A stretch of 56,058 nucleotides of DNA from a virus. Taxonomy: Duplodnaviria > Caudoviricetes. Below are positions 18,180-26,650 of the stretch, one piece after another. The notes beneath the pieces were generated by a model. That model saw only the letters and a list, made by a program, of their open reading frames with translations. It was not told the origin of the DNA and did no database searches. The number at the start of each line of letters is the position of its first letter. The first letter of the stretch is position 1. The stretch lies in IMG/VR virus record IMGVR_UViG_3300030330_000815, positions 1-56,058 of that record, one strand, 5' to 3'. A program made the position numbers and the translations under genes.

Positions 18180-18227
18180 ACTCACCGTTCGCTACTCAAT
18201 TTAATTCTTATGTTAAGGAGAAGACAA

Positions 18228-18416
18228 ATGAAGACATACGAAATATCTGTTTACAGAACTATTCAACAGTCATCAACAGTCACTGTTAATACGGACCATG
18301 ATCCGAATGATGTTGTCTTTATGGAAAGACTTGCAGAAGACGAAGCAGCACATCTTCCTGATTATGATTGGATAGATGGACCGATTGATCATATTGAGTT
18401 CTTTTGGAAATCCTAA
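18228..18416 (+). CDS. Hypothetical early protein
   Basis: Start moved to ATG 18228 behind AAGGAG. Confidence 0.65.
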   Translation: MKTYEISVYRTIQQSSTVTVNTDHDPNDVVFMERLAEDEAAHLPDYDWIDGPIDHIEFFWKS

Positions 18417-18430
18417 TCGGAGAAAGACAA

Positions 18431-18643
18431 ATGATGTTACTTACTGGATACAAGTCGAAGAAAGAACTGAAAGAGAATATTGGAAAGCCCTTGTCTTACC
18501 AAGAAACATCTCTTTTCGGTCCTGAATATCTGTCTACTGGCAAGTTTGTAGCAGCACATAGACCCCTTGTTACAGGTCTTCCCGGCAGAGAGTTCTTTGC
18601 TGAAATCACGATGAAGAATGATCTTATTGAAGGAGTGAAATAA
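18431..18643 (+). CDS. Conserved phage hypothetical protein
   Basis: YKSKKELKE.IG..L.Y.ETS.FG.EY..REFFA; GGAG RBS. Confidence 0.7.
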   Translation: MMLLTGYKSKKELKENIGKPLSYQETSLFGPEYLSTGKFVAAHRPLVTGLPGREFFAEITMKNDLIEGVK

Positions 18644-18644
18644 G

Positions 18645-18857
18645 ATGGACAATCTATGCCTTCACCACGTTGAAGAAGTTTTTGTGTCTCAGAAAGACTT
18701 CAGTGATTTTCGAACCTTTAATTTTGTATTCAAACAGAAGGATGGTAAACGTTTTCAGGTAGAAACTTTTACAACTTTGAAGACTGAGTTAGATTTGACA
18801 GTTCTTCCTGATTCTACTTTTCAAATAAAAAAGAGTGAAATAAGGGAGAAAAAATAA
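18645..18857 (+). CDS. Hypothetical protein
   Basis: GGAG RBS; tight packing. Confidence 0.6.
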   Translation: MDNLCLHHVEEVFVSQKDFSDFRTFNFVFKQKDGKRFQVETFTTLKTELDLTVLPDSTFQIKKSEIREKK

Positions 18858-18864
18858 ATTGTAA

Positions 18865-18989
18865 GGGAGTTCTGGTGAGTGAACGTTGTAAAACCTAAGA
18901 AGGCACGACTAGCGTGTTGGAGGTCTGTACAATGCAACGGGGTAGGTACAGCTACCTAACGAAGGGTTCAATTCCCTTCACTCCCACCA
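18865..18989 (+). ncRNA. tRNA-like RNA with expanded anticodon domain
   Basis: GGGAGT/ACTCCC-ACCA acceptor; GAAGGG-TTCAATT-CCCTTC T arm; no D stem or 7-nt anticodon loop. Confidence 0.7.
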
Positions 18990-19022
18990 CCACCCACTAA
19001 CGGTAACAAAGGAGAAAATACC

Positions 19023-19700
19023 GTGCTAAAACTTATCAACACCTCACGTCAGAAGAAGACCGGCGACATTCCCCAGACATATCGTTCTGGGGGAGAGACT
19101 AATCAGTTTGGAACGTGTCCCAGTAGTTGCCCACTCAAATGCAAGTCTGCTACTGGTGCTAATACAGTCGATGAAGACTACGCCAGAGCACTAGCAAATG
19201 CTGTTCCCAGACAGGGTAAAGCATATTCCTATTCACATTTTCATTGGCTCACATGGAAGTATCTGGGTTTCAATCTGCCCGGAAAGACAGTCATGAATTA
19301 CTCAGCTAACACACCCAAGAGTGCTGCATTGGCTGTACGTCATGGTGTTCCCGCTGTGTGGGCAGAAGAAAAACCACGATACAGAAACGTTGACGGTATC
19401 AGTTTTATTCCCTGCCCTGCTGATGTTCGTTCAGACATATCCTGTGTCACCTGTGGCAATGGTGATCCCTTGTGTGCTCGTCCTGATCGCAAGTTTGTTG
19501 TGGTTTTCAAACAAAAAGTTTGGAAGAAAACACCATGCTATGCGGCAAATGGTCACACCGTTTTTTCTTGGCGAAACGCTGGAAAGCAGGTATCGAACAT
19601 GACGGATGGCGAAAAGGTTCTTGATTGGGTAAAAGATTTACCCCGTAAAAGTCTTCTTCGGCATCACGTTGCTGGTGATATTGGAAAGGTGATTGACTGA
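19023..19700 (+). CDS. Cys-rich phage protein (GP88-like, possible Fe-S/Zn binding)
   Basis: KTG.IP, TCPSSCP, CPA..C.TCG..LCAR, CYA..G, RHHVAGD motifs; AAGGAG RBS. Confidence 0.6.
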   Translation: MLKLINTSRQKKTGDIPQTYRSGGETNQFGTCPSSCPLKCKSATGANTVDEDYARALANAVPRQGKAYSYSHFHWLTWKYLGFNLPGKTVMNYSANTPKSAALAVRHGVPAVWAEEKPRYRNVDGISFIPCPADVRSDISCVTCGNGDPLCARPDRKFVVVFKQKVWKKTPCYAANGHTVFSWRNAGKQVSNMTDGEKVLDWVKDLPRKSLLRHHVAGDIGKVID

Positions 19701-19876
19701 TGAATATCTACGAAGTGTCTTTTAGAGGTAGACCTATTGGCTCTATCGGTCTCTTTCGAGACTGTACGGTAGAAGTTGCGGCAGAAGATGAAAAACATGC
19801 TGTCAAAAAAGCATATGAATCTCATGAACATTTGATGTTTACTAAAGTGAAACAGATAGGAGATGAAACGCTATGA
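19700..19876 (+). CDS. 58-aa hypothetical protein
   Basis: Hand-translated MNIYEVSFRGRPIGSIG..; overlaps stop/start codons on both sides. Confidence 0.6.
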   Translation: MNIYEVSFRGRPIGSIGLFRDCTVEVAAEDEKHAVKKAYESHEHLMFTKVKQIGDETL

Positions 19877-20178
19877 ATATTCGAGACATTATACCCCATG
19901 TTTCTGTTTCAGATTTCATACTGAAAAATAAGGAAAAGCATCACGGTAAACACGGAATCAATCCAGTAAGTGAACAGAAAATTAAAACTTTCTGGATAGA
20001 GATTGACTGTGATATGTGTGAAGACGGTAAAATATATTCAAACATGGTAGCAACAGTAGGACGATACTGTCCAGAGTGTGATGGAACAGGCAGATACGGC
20101 TGGACAGAAACCATGTTTGAGAATATGCAGGAAGTTCGTAAACAATATCCTAACGCAGAAATAACGGAGATAAAGTAA
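19873..20178 (+). CDS. DnaJ-type zinc-finger protein
   Basis: CDMCEDG..CPECDGTG. Confidence 0.65.
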   Translation: MNIRDIIPHVSVSDFILKNKEKHHGKHGINPVSEQKIKTFWIEIDCDMCEDGKIYSNMVATVGRYCPECDGTGRYGWTETMFENMQEVRKQYPNAEITEIK

Positions 20179-20179
20179 G

Positions 20180-20350
20180 ATGAGTGTCCCAGAAATGGAC
20201 TATATGGTTGAAGAACATTTTTTCAGTTCACTAGACGAAGTTCATGCATCATGCTTGCATGACATCAAGAACTGGTGTTTGTCTGATGAAGAGAAACATA
20301 TACTTGCAACAGTCTTAATTGGTTTACGCTACAAGGAGGGAACGTTATGA
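20180..20350 (+). CDS. 56-aa hypothetical protein
   Basis: Hand-translated MSVPEMDYMVEEHF..; GGAG RBS; ATGA overlap with next gene. Confidence 0.55.
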   Translation: MSVPEMDYMVEEHFFSSLDEVHASCLHDIKNWCLSDEEKHILATVLIGLRYKEGTL

Positions 20351-20532
20351 TACCTACTATTCAATATACAAAACACACAGAAATACCCTTTTACTTGAGA
20401 GAGTATCTTGAATCTGTGTCAGCAACTAATTCAGTGGAAGACATTCCATTGGAAGAAATCAATGGTTTTATGCAGATGATGGAAGAAGTAGAACGTGGAA
20501 AATACTGGAAAGAAAGCACAGAAGACGTGTAG
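20347..20532 (+). CDS. Hypothetical protein
   Basis: AAGGAGG RBS. Confidence 0.6.
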   Translation: MIPTIQYTKHTEIPFYLREYLESVSATNSVEDIPLEEINGFMQMMEEVERGKYWKESTEDV

Positions 20533-20639
20533 TAATTATGGTGATTACATTGGAAAAAATGGAGAAAAAGCAGTGCTAAGAAATAACAAATTGTTATGCT
20601 ACACATGTTGTTTATTGAAACAGAAAATGGAGAACTGAA

Positions 20640-21614
20640 ATGTACGGTAATACAAACGACTACAACAACATCAACCTATCTGGAGATAAAGAAATGTATC
20701 GTTATCCTAACGGAGATAAAACAATGTATCCCTTTCCTACCGAATCTGAAATCTTCTACAACGTAACTGAACATAAACCTATGTGGCTGGAAAAAGTGTA
20801 CGGAGTTCGCCATCCTCATACCGATCTAGACATGAAAATGCTGGTGCGTGATGATACTCAGGAGGTTCTTGGGTATCACAAAAAAAACTACACCACTGTA
20901 CAAAATCGTGAGCTTTTTCAACACATTGAACGAGAAATGATAAACAATTTCGATCTGTTGGAACTGGAACATGTAACAGTTCATGATCACATTTCGAGAG
21001 GTGGTAAGTCTGCTGCTCGTGAGTATCGTTTTCCGAAAACAGAAATGCTAACTACAAACAATGGACACCAGACTAAGATTCAGTTGAGAGCTATTGGCTG
21101 GAACTGTTTCGATGGATCAGCCAAGTGTAAGATTATCTTTGGTGACATTGATTTGTTCTGCATGAATGGAATGGTTCTTGGTGAGAAAGATATCATTGCA
21201 AAGAAGCGTACTAAGAACTTTAATCTGTCTGATTTCACATCTTTGGAGGAATCATTTAAGAGGTTCAACAGTAAGATAGACCTCTACCGTGAATGGGCGC
21301 AGACTCGTGTCAGTATAGCTGATGTTGAAGCGTTCTTCGCAAAGTCGTTTAAGAACGGAAAAAAGAAGACGGATGGTACATACTCTAATCTTGAGAAGTT
21401 TTTAGAGCAGTTCAAAGAGGAATGTTCTGTTCGTGGTCAGAATCTTTGGTCAGTAGTATCTACCATGACAAACTATGCAAGCCATACTGATGAATGGACA
21501 CTGAACAAACAATCCAAAGACAATGAGTTTGGTATTCTGTATGGAAGACAAAAGGATGTTCAAAATATTATGAACAGCGAAGCCTTCCGTGATCTTACAA
21601 AGGTAGCAGCATAG
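20640..21614 (+). CDS. DUF932-family protein
   Basis: VR.DT..VLG....Y..VQN, N.FDGS, L.C.NGM, W......T.YA.H pattern. Confidence 0.7.
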   Translation: MYGNTNDYNNINLSGDKEMYRYPNGDKTMYPFPTESEIFYNVTEHKPMWLEKVYGVRHPHTDLDMKMLVRDDTQEVLGYHKKNYTTVQNRELFQHIEREMINNFDLLELEHVTVHDHISRGGKSAAREYRFPKTEMLTTNNGHQTKIQLRAIGWNCFDGSAKCKIIFGDIDLFCMNGMVLGEKDIIAKKRTKNFNLSDFTSLEESFKRFNSKIDLYREWAQTRVSIADVEAFFAKSFKNGKKKTDGTYSNLEKFLEQFKEECSVRGQNLWSVVSTMTNYASHTDEWTLNKQSKDNEFGILYGRQKDVQNIMNSEAFRDLTKVAA

Positions 21615-21691
21615 TGAGAAATATTCATTATCTGTTGTTTTATATTGGATCAATGGTTCTTGCTGCTCTGTATATAATGGCAGTAACTTAG
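21614..21691 (+). CDS. 25-aa single-TM peptide
   Basis: GTG overlapping upstream TAG; MRNIHYLLFYIGSMVLAALYIMAVT. Confidence 0.4.
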   Translation: MRNIHYLLFYIGSMVLAALYIMAVT

Positions 21692-21697
21692 TTGGTA

Positions 21698-21784
21698 GCG
21701 GACGTGGTGGAATTGGTATACACAACAGACTTAAAATCTGTCGGTCGCAAGACCATGCGGGTTCAAGTCCCGCCGTCCGCACCA
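21698..21784 (+). tRNA. trnL: tRNA-Leu(TAA)
   Basis: GCGGACG/CGTCCGC acceptor, ACAGA-CTTAAAA-TCTGT anticodon arm, long variable arm, GGTTCAAGTCC, encoded CCA. Confidence 0.97.
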
Positions 21785-21808
21785 CTCTTTTGAAAGGGAG
21801 ACACAAGA

Positions 21809-22210
21809 GTGACATCGTTAGAGTTCAAGACAGATGTTTTAGATCATTGGGTACATGGAAAGACTGCAAGACAAATCAGTATGATACCCTATGTTTCTGA
21901 AAAATACACAAAGGAAACAGGTAGAAGCATTACTAGAAATGTAGTTATTGGTATTGTTAACAGAGCGCGATACGGACAGAGACAGGGAGAGGCTCTGAAA
22001 AAGAAAATTGAAATCTCTATACCATACAAGCCTAAGACACCTCTGCCTACGTTCGATCAAAAGAGAAATCCTGAGAAGTATAGAGAGCGCAAGTGCTTGC
22101 AGTGCAGAAAGCTTGTCATTATGCCACGAAACCGCTATAGGTGCGACGATTGCCATCGCAAAACTGACGATGCCTATGGTTTAGTAGATGGTTACTCAGT
22201 AAGGATGTAA
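21809..22210 (+). CDS. GcrA-like HTH regulator with C-terminal zinc finger
   Basis: W..G.TARQI..ITRNVVIG.V.R resembles GcrA N-terminal domain; CLQC..CDDC. Confidence 0.7.
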   Translation: MTSLEFKTDVLDHWVHGKTARQISMIPYVSEKYTKETGRSITRNVVIGIVNRARYGQRQGEALKKKIEISIPYKPKTPLPTFDQKRNPEKYRERKCLQCRKLVIMPRNRYRCDDCHRKTDDAYGLVDGYSVRM

Positions 22211-22219
22211 GTAAATCTA

Positions 22220-22315
22220 ATGAACGCTATGCAAGATGTACTAGATGAGATGGACCCAGAACCGGGAACACCTGAACACTACGATTGGATCAGAGAAACC
22301 TACGGAAACGACTAA
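22220..22315 (+). CDS. 31-aa acidic peptide
   Basis: Hand-translated MNAMQDVLDEMDPEPGTPEHYDWIRETYGND; stop overlaps next RBS. Confidence 0.4.
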   Translation: MNAMQDVLDEMDPEPGTPEHYDWIRETYGND

Positions 22316-22325
22316 GGAGAGTCCT

Positions 22326-22499
22326 ATGGAACGCCTGAGAATTATTTCTAAAAAAGGTAAAAAATTGAGCACATTGTGGAAAGTTCAACATTCTGATGGT
22401 CAGGTTACATATCACAAAACCTTAAAGGCTGCTAAGGCTTACAAACATCAGTTGTTAGTATTTGATCCGTTTCCAGAACACCCTTTAGAGGAAAATTGA
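22326..22499 (+). CDS. Hypothetical protein
   Basis: Start moved to ATG 22326 behind TAAGGAG. Confidence 0.55.
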   Translation: MERLRIISKKGKKLSTLWKVQHSDGQVTYHKTLKAAKAYKHQLLVFDPFPEHPLEEN

Positions 22500-22500
22500 A

Positions 22501-23181
22501 ATGAACATATTCTATCTAGATTCTACTCAACATGTCTGCGCTCAGATGCACAACGATAGACATGTAGTCAAGATGATTGTTGAGTATGCTCAGTTGTTAT
22601 CCACTGCTCACCGTGTACTGGACGGTGAAGAACGTGTTGTTTCTAAATGGGTTTATTCTAAGAAGGATAAGGCATGGAAAATCAAAGATAACTTCAAACA
22701 CATGCATATGAATGGAGATGTATATGATGAGTTTGGTGTGCTTGAACCTAAGAATAGATTTACTGATCGCTATCAGTGTCCGTTCTATCTGACAGCGCAT
22801 ATCGGTCATCCTTGTGCTGTATGGGTGCGAGAGACATCAGAAAATTATTCTTGGCTGTCTGTTCTTCTGATGGAATTATGTTGGGAGTTTACACACAGAA
22901 GAGGGACACTGCATGGTACTCAGATTGATGGAATTGTTGCTAACCTTTTGTCTCTTCCCAAAAATATTCCAGAAGGTTCTTTAACAACACCACCGCAGTG
23001 CTTTGGTGAGTATCAAGAAATTTGTGAGGTAGAGAATGATCCTATAGAAGGCTACAGAAAATACTACAACAAAGCTAAACAATTCGATAAGGCTGGTCGT
23101 CCTATGAATGTTTGGACAAATCGTGAAGTACCAGAATGGTTTACAATGGAGAAAGTAAATGAAGAAACGTGTTCATATTAA
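22501..23181 (+). CDS. Pyrimidine-dimer DNA glycosylase-like protein
   Basis: MNIFYLD..CA..H.D.HVVKMI.E.AQLLSTAH, H..HPC..W.R, PPQC, Y..YY...K. Confidence 0.8.
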   Translation: MNIFYLDSTQHVCAQMHNDRHVVKMIVEYAQLLSTAHRVLDGEERVVSKWVYSKKDKAWKIKDNFKHMHMNGDVYDEFGVLEPKNRFTDRYQCPFYLTAHIGHPCAVWVRETSENYSWLSVLLMELCWEFTHRRGTLHGTQIDGIVANLLSLPKNIPEGSLTTPPQCFGEYQEICEVENDPIEGYRKYYNKAKQFDKAGRPMNVWTNREVPEWFTMEKVNEETCSY

Positions 23182-23383
23182 TCAACATGTGATCAAAAAA
23201 AACGCAAAGACAGGTGAAAGAGAACCTGTAATCACAGTAAAAACGTATAAGGATAATGTCTATGGTACGAAAGTTCGTATCGATGGGCCATGTGAGGTTA
23301 TATACAGCCCAGACAAGCCGCTATCCTGTGGTGCAAGGGTATGGATAGAGACTGATGCAGAGTGTGATATAATAAATGAGTAA
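23159..23383 (+). CDS. Conserved phage hypothetical protein
   Basis: HINQHVI..N...PVITVK..PDKPLSCGARVWIET. Confidence 0.75.
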   Translation: MKKRVHINQHVIKKNAKTGEREPVITVKTYKDNVYGTKVRIDGPCEVIYSPDKPLSCGARVWIETDAECDIINE

Positions 23384-23404
23384 ATATATAAAGGAAGCAA
23401 GAAA

Positions 23405-23731
23405 ATGTATAAATCAATTAGAATAATACTAATTACTTTGTTACTATTTTGTTTTAGTATTGTAACAACAAACGCCCAGTCTAATGACGATAAGGACGGA
23501 CCAGTTTTTAAATGTTTTCCTTCAGATTTAGTTATAAAATATCTAACTGAAGAAGGACTGACACATATAGCTGCTGCTGGACTAGATGAACAGGGAAATT
23601 TAATGAGATTATTCTCTAGCAATAAAGGAGAGTGGCAAGTTATAATTACTCTGGCTCAACAGAATTTAAGCTGTCCATTAACTTTCGGTTATTATCTTAC
23701 AACATATGAAAGAAAAGGTGAAACACACTAA
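23405..23731 (+). CDS. Secreted/periplasmic hypothetical protein
   Basis: N-terminal signal peptide-like stretch, two Cys in mature part. Confidence 0.6.
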   Translation: MYKSIRIILITLLLFCFSIVTTNAQSNDDKDGPVFKCFPSDLVIKYLTEEGLTHIAAAGLDEQGNLMRLFSSNKGEWQVIITLAQQNLSCPLTFGYYLTTYERKGETH

Positions 23732-24195
23732 TGATAGATGTTACCCTTCCAGTTCTAGCTATCATCGCTGGCTTTGCTAATCTAGAAGAAGCCAAACAAA
23801 CAAAGTGTATGGCAGAAGCTATCTACTTTGAAGCACGTTCTGAGTCCATTATGGGACAGTTAGCAGTAGGAAATGTAATTATCAACCGAGTTAATAGTGA
23901 CAGGTTTCCTAATACTATTTGTAAAGTTGTACATCAAGGACCGAAGTACAAATCTGGTCATCCTGTCAAGCATAAATGTCAGTTTTCTTATTGGTGCGAC
24001 GGAGTAAAAGAAAAGTACACCGACAGGCGAGCATATGCCGATGCTTTAAATGTAGCAGTTATGATAAACAAAGGTATAAGAATAGAAAGTCTTACAAACG
24101 TTTTGTTTTACCACGCTACTTACTCATCTCCGTATTGGGCAGCTAAAAAGAAATTGAAAAGTATAATTGGAAGCCACGTTTTTTACGCTGATTAA
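23731..24195 (+). CDS. Cell wall hydrolase, SleB/Hydrolase_2 family
   Basis: CMAEAIYFEAR.E..GQ.AV..VI.NRV..FPNTIC.VV.Q..CQFS.WCDG..YHA..P.W..IG.H.FY. Confidence 0.9.
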   Translation: MIDVTLPVLAIIAGFANLEEAKQTKCMAEAIYFEARSESIMGQLAVGNVIINRVNSDRFPNTICKVVHQGPKYKSGHPVKHKCQFSYWCDGVKEKYTDRRAYADALNVAVMINKGIRIESLTNVLFYHATYSSPYWAAKKKLKSIIGSHVFYAD

Positions 24196-24389
24196 TTATC
24201 TTCTTCTGGTTTCCCGTTTTCAATAACTACCCCCAGTGAATTGAGAGTAGCTATCAAACGAGAATGATCCATTAATAAGTTGGATATCTTTTTCTTTTGA
24301 GTAGTTACTTTCTTTCCTTTTCCTTTTTGAGATTCCTCAGACAAATCATGATAATCATCATGAGTAGTATACAGCTTTAGTGTTCTCAT
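24192..24389 (-). CDS. Hypothetical protein, opposite to early operon
   Basis: GGGAG RBS and own near-consensus promoter. Confidence 0.65.
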   Translation of the reverse strand: MRTLKLYTTHDDYHDLSEESQKGKGKKVTTQKKKISNLLMDHSRLIATLNSLGVVIENGKPEEDN

Positions 24390-24402
24390 TCTGTCTCCCT
24401 AT

Positions 24403-24439
24403 CTATATCCATCTGCTTCTCCACTGTGGGACCGGTAAG
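24403..24439 (-). repeat. 37-bp long-range inverted repeat, copy B
   Basis: 34/37 match to 16242-16278. Confidence 0.9.
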
Positions 24440-24503
24440 CGAAACTGTTTCTAAACAGATGAACAAATATAATTATCATTGTTTTGTTCAACCGCTGAAG
24501 CGG

Positions 24504-24532
24504 ATTATAACAACGCCGCAAAAAAGCGTCAA
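24504..24532 (-). promoter_or_regulatory. Sigma70 promoter (leftward)
   Basis: TTGACG-N17-TATAAT. Confidence 0.8.
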
Positions 24533-24549
24533 GTAAAAACCGACACGGG

Positions 24550-24608
24550 TGCGTCAAAATGTCGCACCTAATTTTTTTCTTGACAGCCCCGACGCGCTGC
24601 TTTATGGT
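24550..24608 (+). promoter_or_regulatory. Replication-operon sigma70 promoter with RegA-type box
   Basis: TGCGTC-N5-GTCGCA (24550-24566); TTGACA-N17-TATGGT (24580-24608). Confidence 0.7.
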
Positions 24609-24646
24609 AGCATCCGGTCGCAATCGAAGAAAGGAGTAATGCTGTC

Positions 24647-26368
24647 GTGAATAGTGATAGCTTTCCAGAAGGCAACTCTACAGAAATAGGACGTGGCGCA
24701 TGTGATCAGTGCGGTTCATCTGATGCCCATGTCTACTACGCTGATGGTCATAGTCATTGTCATAAATGTGGTCATCATACACCTGCCTCTAAACAAAACA
24801 AACAGGAGTTTAAAGTGTCGGTATCGACAAATAACGTAACACCAATATCTACTGCATCCTTACCATCCGGTCAGTATCTTCCTTTGAATGATCGAAACAT
24901 CTCTGTTGATGTCGCAAAGAAGTATGGTATCGAGTCGAAACAACACCCAAACGGTCACATCACTTCTCATTACTATCGATACTACGATAAGAAGGGAAAC
25001 ATCACCGCTGTCAAGGAACGTCATGTAGACACAAAAGGTTTTAACTGGACGGGCAACTCTTCTAACTCTGCTCTTTTTGGTCAGAATCTTTTCAACGGTG
25101 GTGGCAAGATGGTCACGCTTTGTGAAGGTGAACTGGATGCTGCATCAGTTTATCAGATGAACGGTGGGTATCCTGCCGTATCTGTACAGAATGGTGCTCA
25201 GTCTGCTCTGAAGTCATGTAAGCGCAGCTTTGAATTTCTCGACAAGTTCGAAGAAATCATTATCTGTTTTGATAATGATGATGCAGGATGTAAAGCAGCT
25301 AATGAAGTAGCTGAACTCTTTGCTCCCGGTAAGTGTTCTATTCTCACTACAGAACTGAAAGACCCTAACGAATATCTCAAGCAGGGCCGTAGTAAGCAGT
25401 TTATGAACGAGTTCTGGAACAACAAGCGTATCTATGCTCCAGATGGCATCATCTGCTTCACTGACATGTGGGATAATCTCTCAACGAAAGAAGAGATTGT
25501 TACCGTTGACTACCCTTGGGAAGGATTGCAAGACCTCAGTTATGGTATGCGATTGGGTGAACTTTGTACCTACGCTGCCGGTACTGGACAAGGCAAGTCA
25601 ACTACGATGCGAGAGATTGCTTATCATATCATCAACACAACTAAGTACAATGTTGGTATGCTGTTTCTTGAAGAGAGTGTGAAGCGTACTGGCTTGGCAC
25701 TGATGGGTATTCACGCTAACAAACCTTTTCATCTTCCCACCTGTCAGTATAGTGATGAAGAATTTAAGGAAGCATTCGACACTCTTTCGTTAGATCGTCG
25801 TGTGTTTCTATTCGATCATTTTGGTTCTTGGGATATCGATAAGCTAGTATCTCGTGTTCGATATATGGCAAAGGGTTTGGAATGTAAGTTTATCTTTCTG
25901 GATCACGTCAGTATCGTAGTCAGTGCCGGTGAACAGGGTGACGAACGTCGAGCATTGGACGAAGTAATGACGAAGCTTCGTATGCTGGTTCAGGAACTCG
26001 ACATTCACCTTGCCGTTGTTACTCACCTGAAGCGAGTACAAAACAATGGACATGAAGAGGGAGGTGTTGTATCTCTTTCCCACCTTCGTGGCAGTGCAGG
26101 TATTGCTCAGTTGTCGGACATGGTTATCTCTTTGGAGCGTGACTCTCAGAATGATAATGCTGAAGTTCGAAACACTACGTTGGTACGAGTATTGAAGAAC
26201 AGGTTCAGCGGAGATACTGGGCCAGCTTCTTATCTTCAGTACGATAGGAATACTGGAAGGCAGTTCGAAGTTGACGGACTTCCTGATAGTGACGACAGTT
26301 CGTCTGATACAGATGAACAAGCAAAAGCTACAGACTTCACTCCTGTAGTTGATATTGACAATCTTTAA
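24647..26368 (+). CDS. DNA primase-helicase, T7 gp4-like
   Basis: CDQCGSSD..CHKC zinc ribbon, TOPRIM EGELD/FDNDDAG, Walker A AGTGQGKS, LDH, LRGSAGIAQLSD, LKNRFSG. Confidence 0.95.
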   Translation: MNSDSFPEGNSTEIGRGACDQCGSSDAHVYYADGHSHCHKCGHHTPASKQNKQEFKVSVSTNNVTPISTASLPSGQYLPLNDRNISVDVAKKYGIESKQHPNGHITSHYYRYYDKKGNITAVKERHVDTKGFNWTGNSSNSALFGQNLFNGGGKMVTLCEGELDAASVYQMNGGYPAVSVQNGAQSALKSCKRSFEFLDKFEEIIICFDNDDAGCKAANEVAELFAPGKCSILTTELKDPNEYLKQGRSKQFMNEFWNNKRIYAPDGIICFTDMWDNLSTKEEIVTVDYPWEGLQDLSYGMRLGELCTYAAGTGQGKSTTMREIAYHIINTTKYNVGMLFLEESVKRTGLALMGIHANKPFHLPTCQYSDEEFKEAFDTLSLDRRVFLFDHFGSWDIDKLVSRVRYMAKGLECKFIFLDHVSIVVSAGEQGDERRALDEVMTKLRMLVQELDIHLAVVTHLKRVQNNGHEEGGVVSLSHLRGSAGIAQLSDMVISLERDSQNDNAEVRNTTLVRVLKNRFSGDTGPASYLQYDRNTGRQFEVDGLPDSDDSSSDTDEQAKATDFTPVVDIDNL

Positions 26369-26384
26369 GAGGAGATAGCTAACA

Positions 26385-26648
26385 ATGGCAAGGCTGAATC
26401 AGAAAGAAGAAGAACTTCTGTTGGAAGTAACTAACCATCTACTGAAGTGTTTACGTTACATGTCTGAATGTTATACCCTTGAACTAGATGATCTAGGAAA
26501 GATGGATAAACTAGCTAACAACCTAGCTCAAGCATTCGGGTCACGTTGGTATCGAGAAAAATGGTGTCATGACTACAAAATATCAAAACAAAAAGAGTTA
26601 GAGTTAAATGGATCAATAAAAAATCTTGATGAATTTACTGAACACTAA
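26385..26648 (+). CDS. Hypothetical protein
   Basis: GAGGAG RBS. Confidence 0.65.
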   Translation: MARLNQKEEELLLEVTNHLLKCLRYMSECYTLELDDLGKMDKLANNLAQAFGSRWYREKWCHDYKISKQKELELNGSIKNLDEFTEH

Positions 26649-26650
26649 CC

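Noticed and set aside
18865-18989. tmRNA or a standard tRNA
   Set aside because: No G3:U70 pair, no tag reading frame, no canonical 7-nt anticodon loop.
21698-21784. tRNA-Leu as an attP or prophage boundary
   Set aside because: No integrase, no duplicated tRNA 3' end and no host genes in the window.
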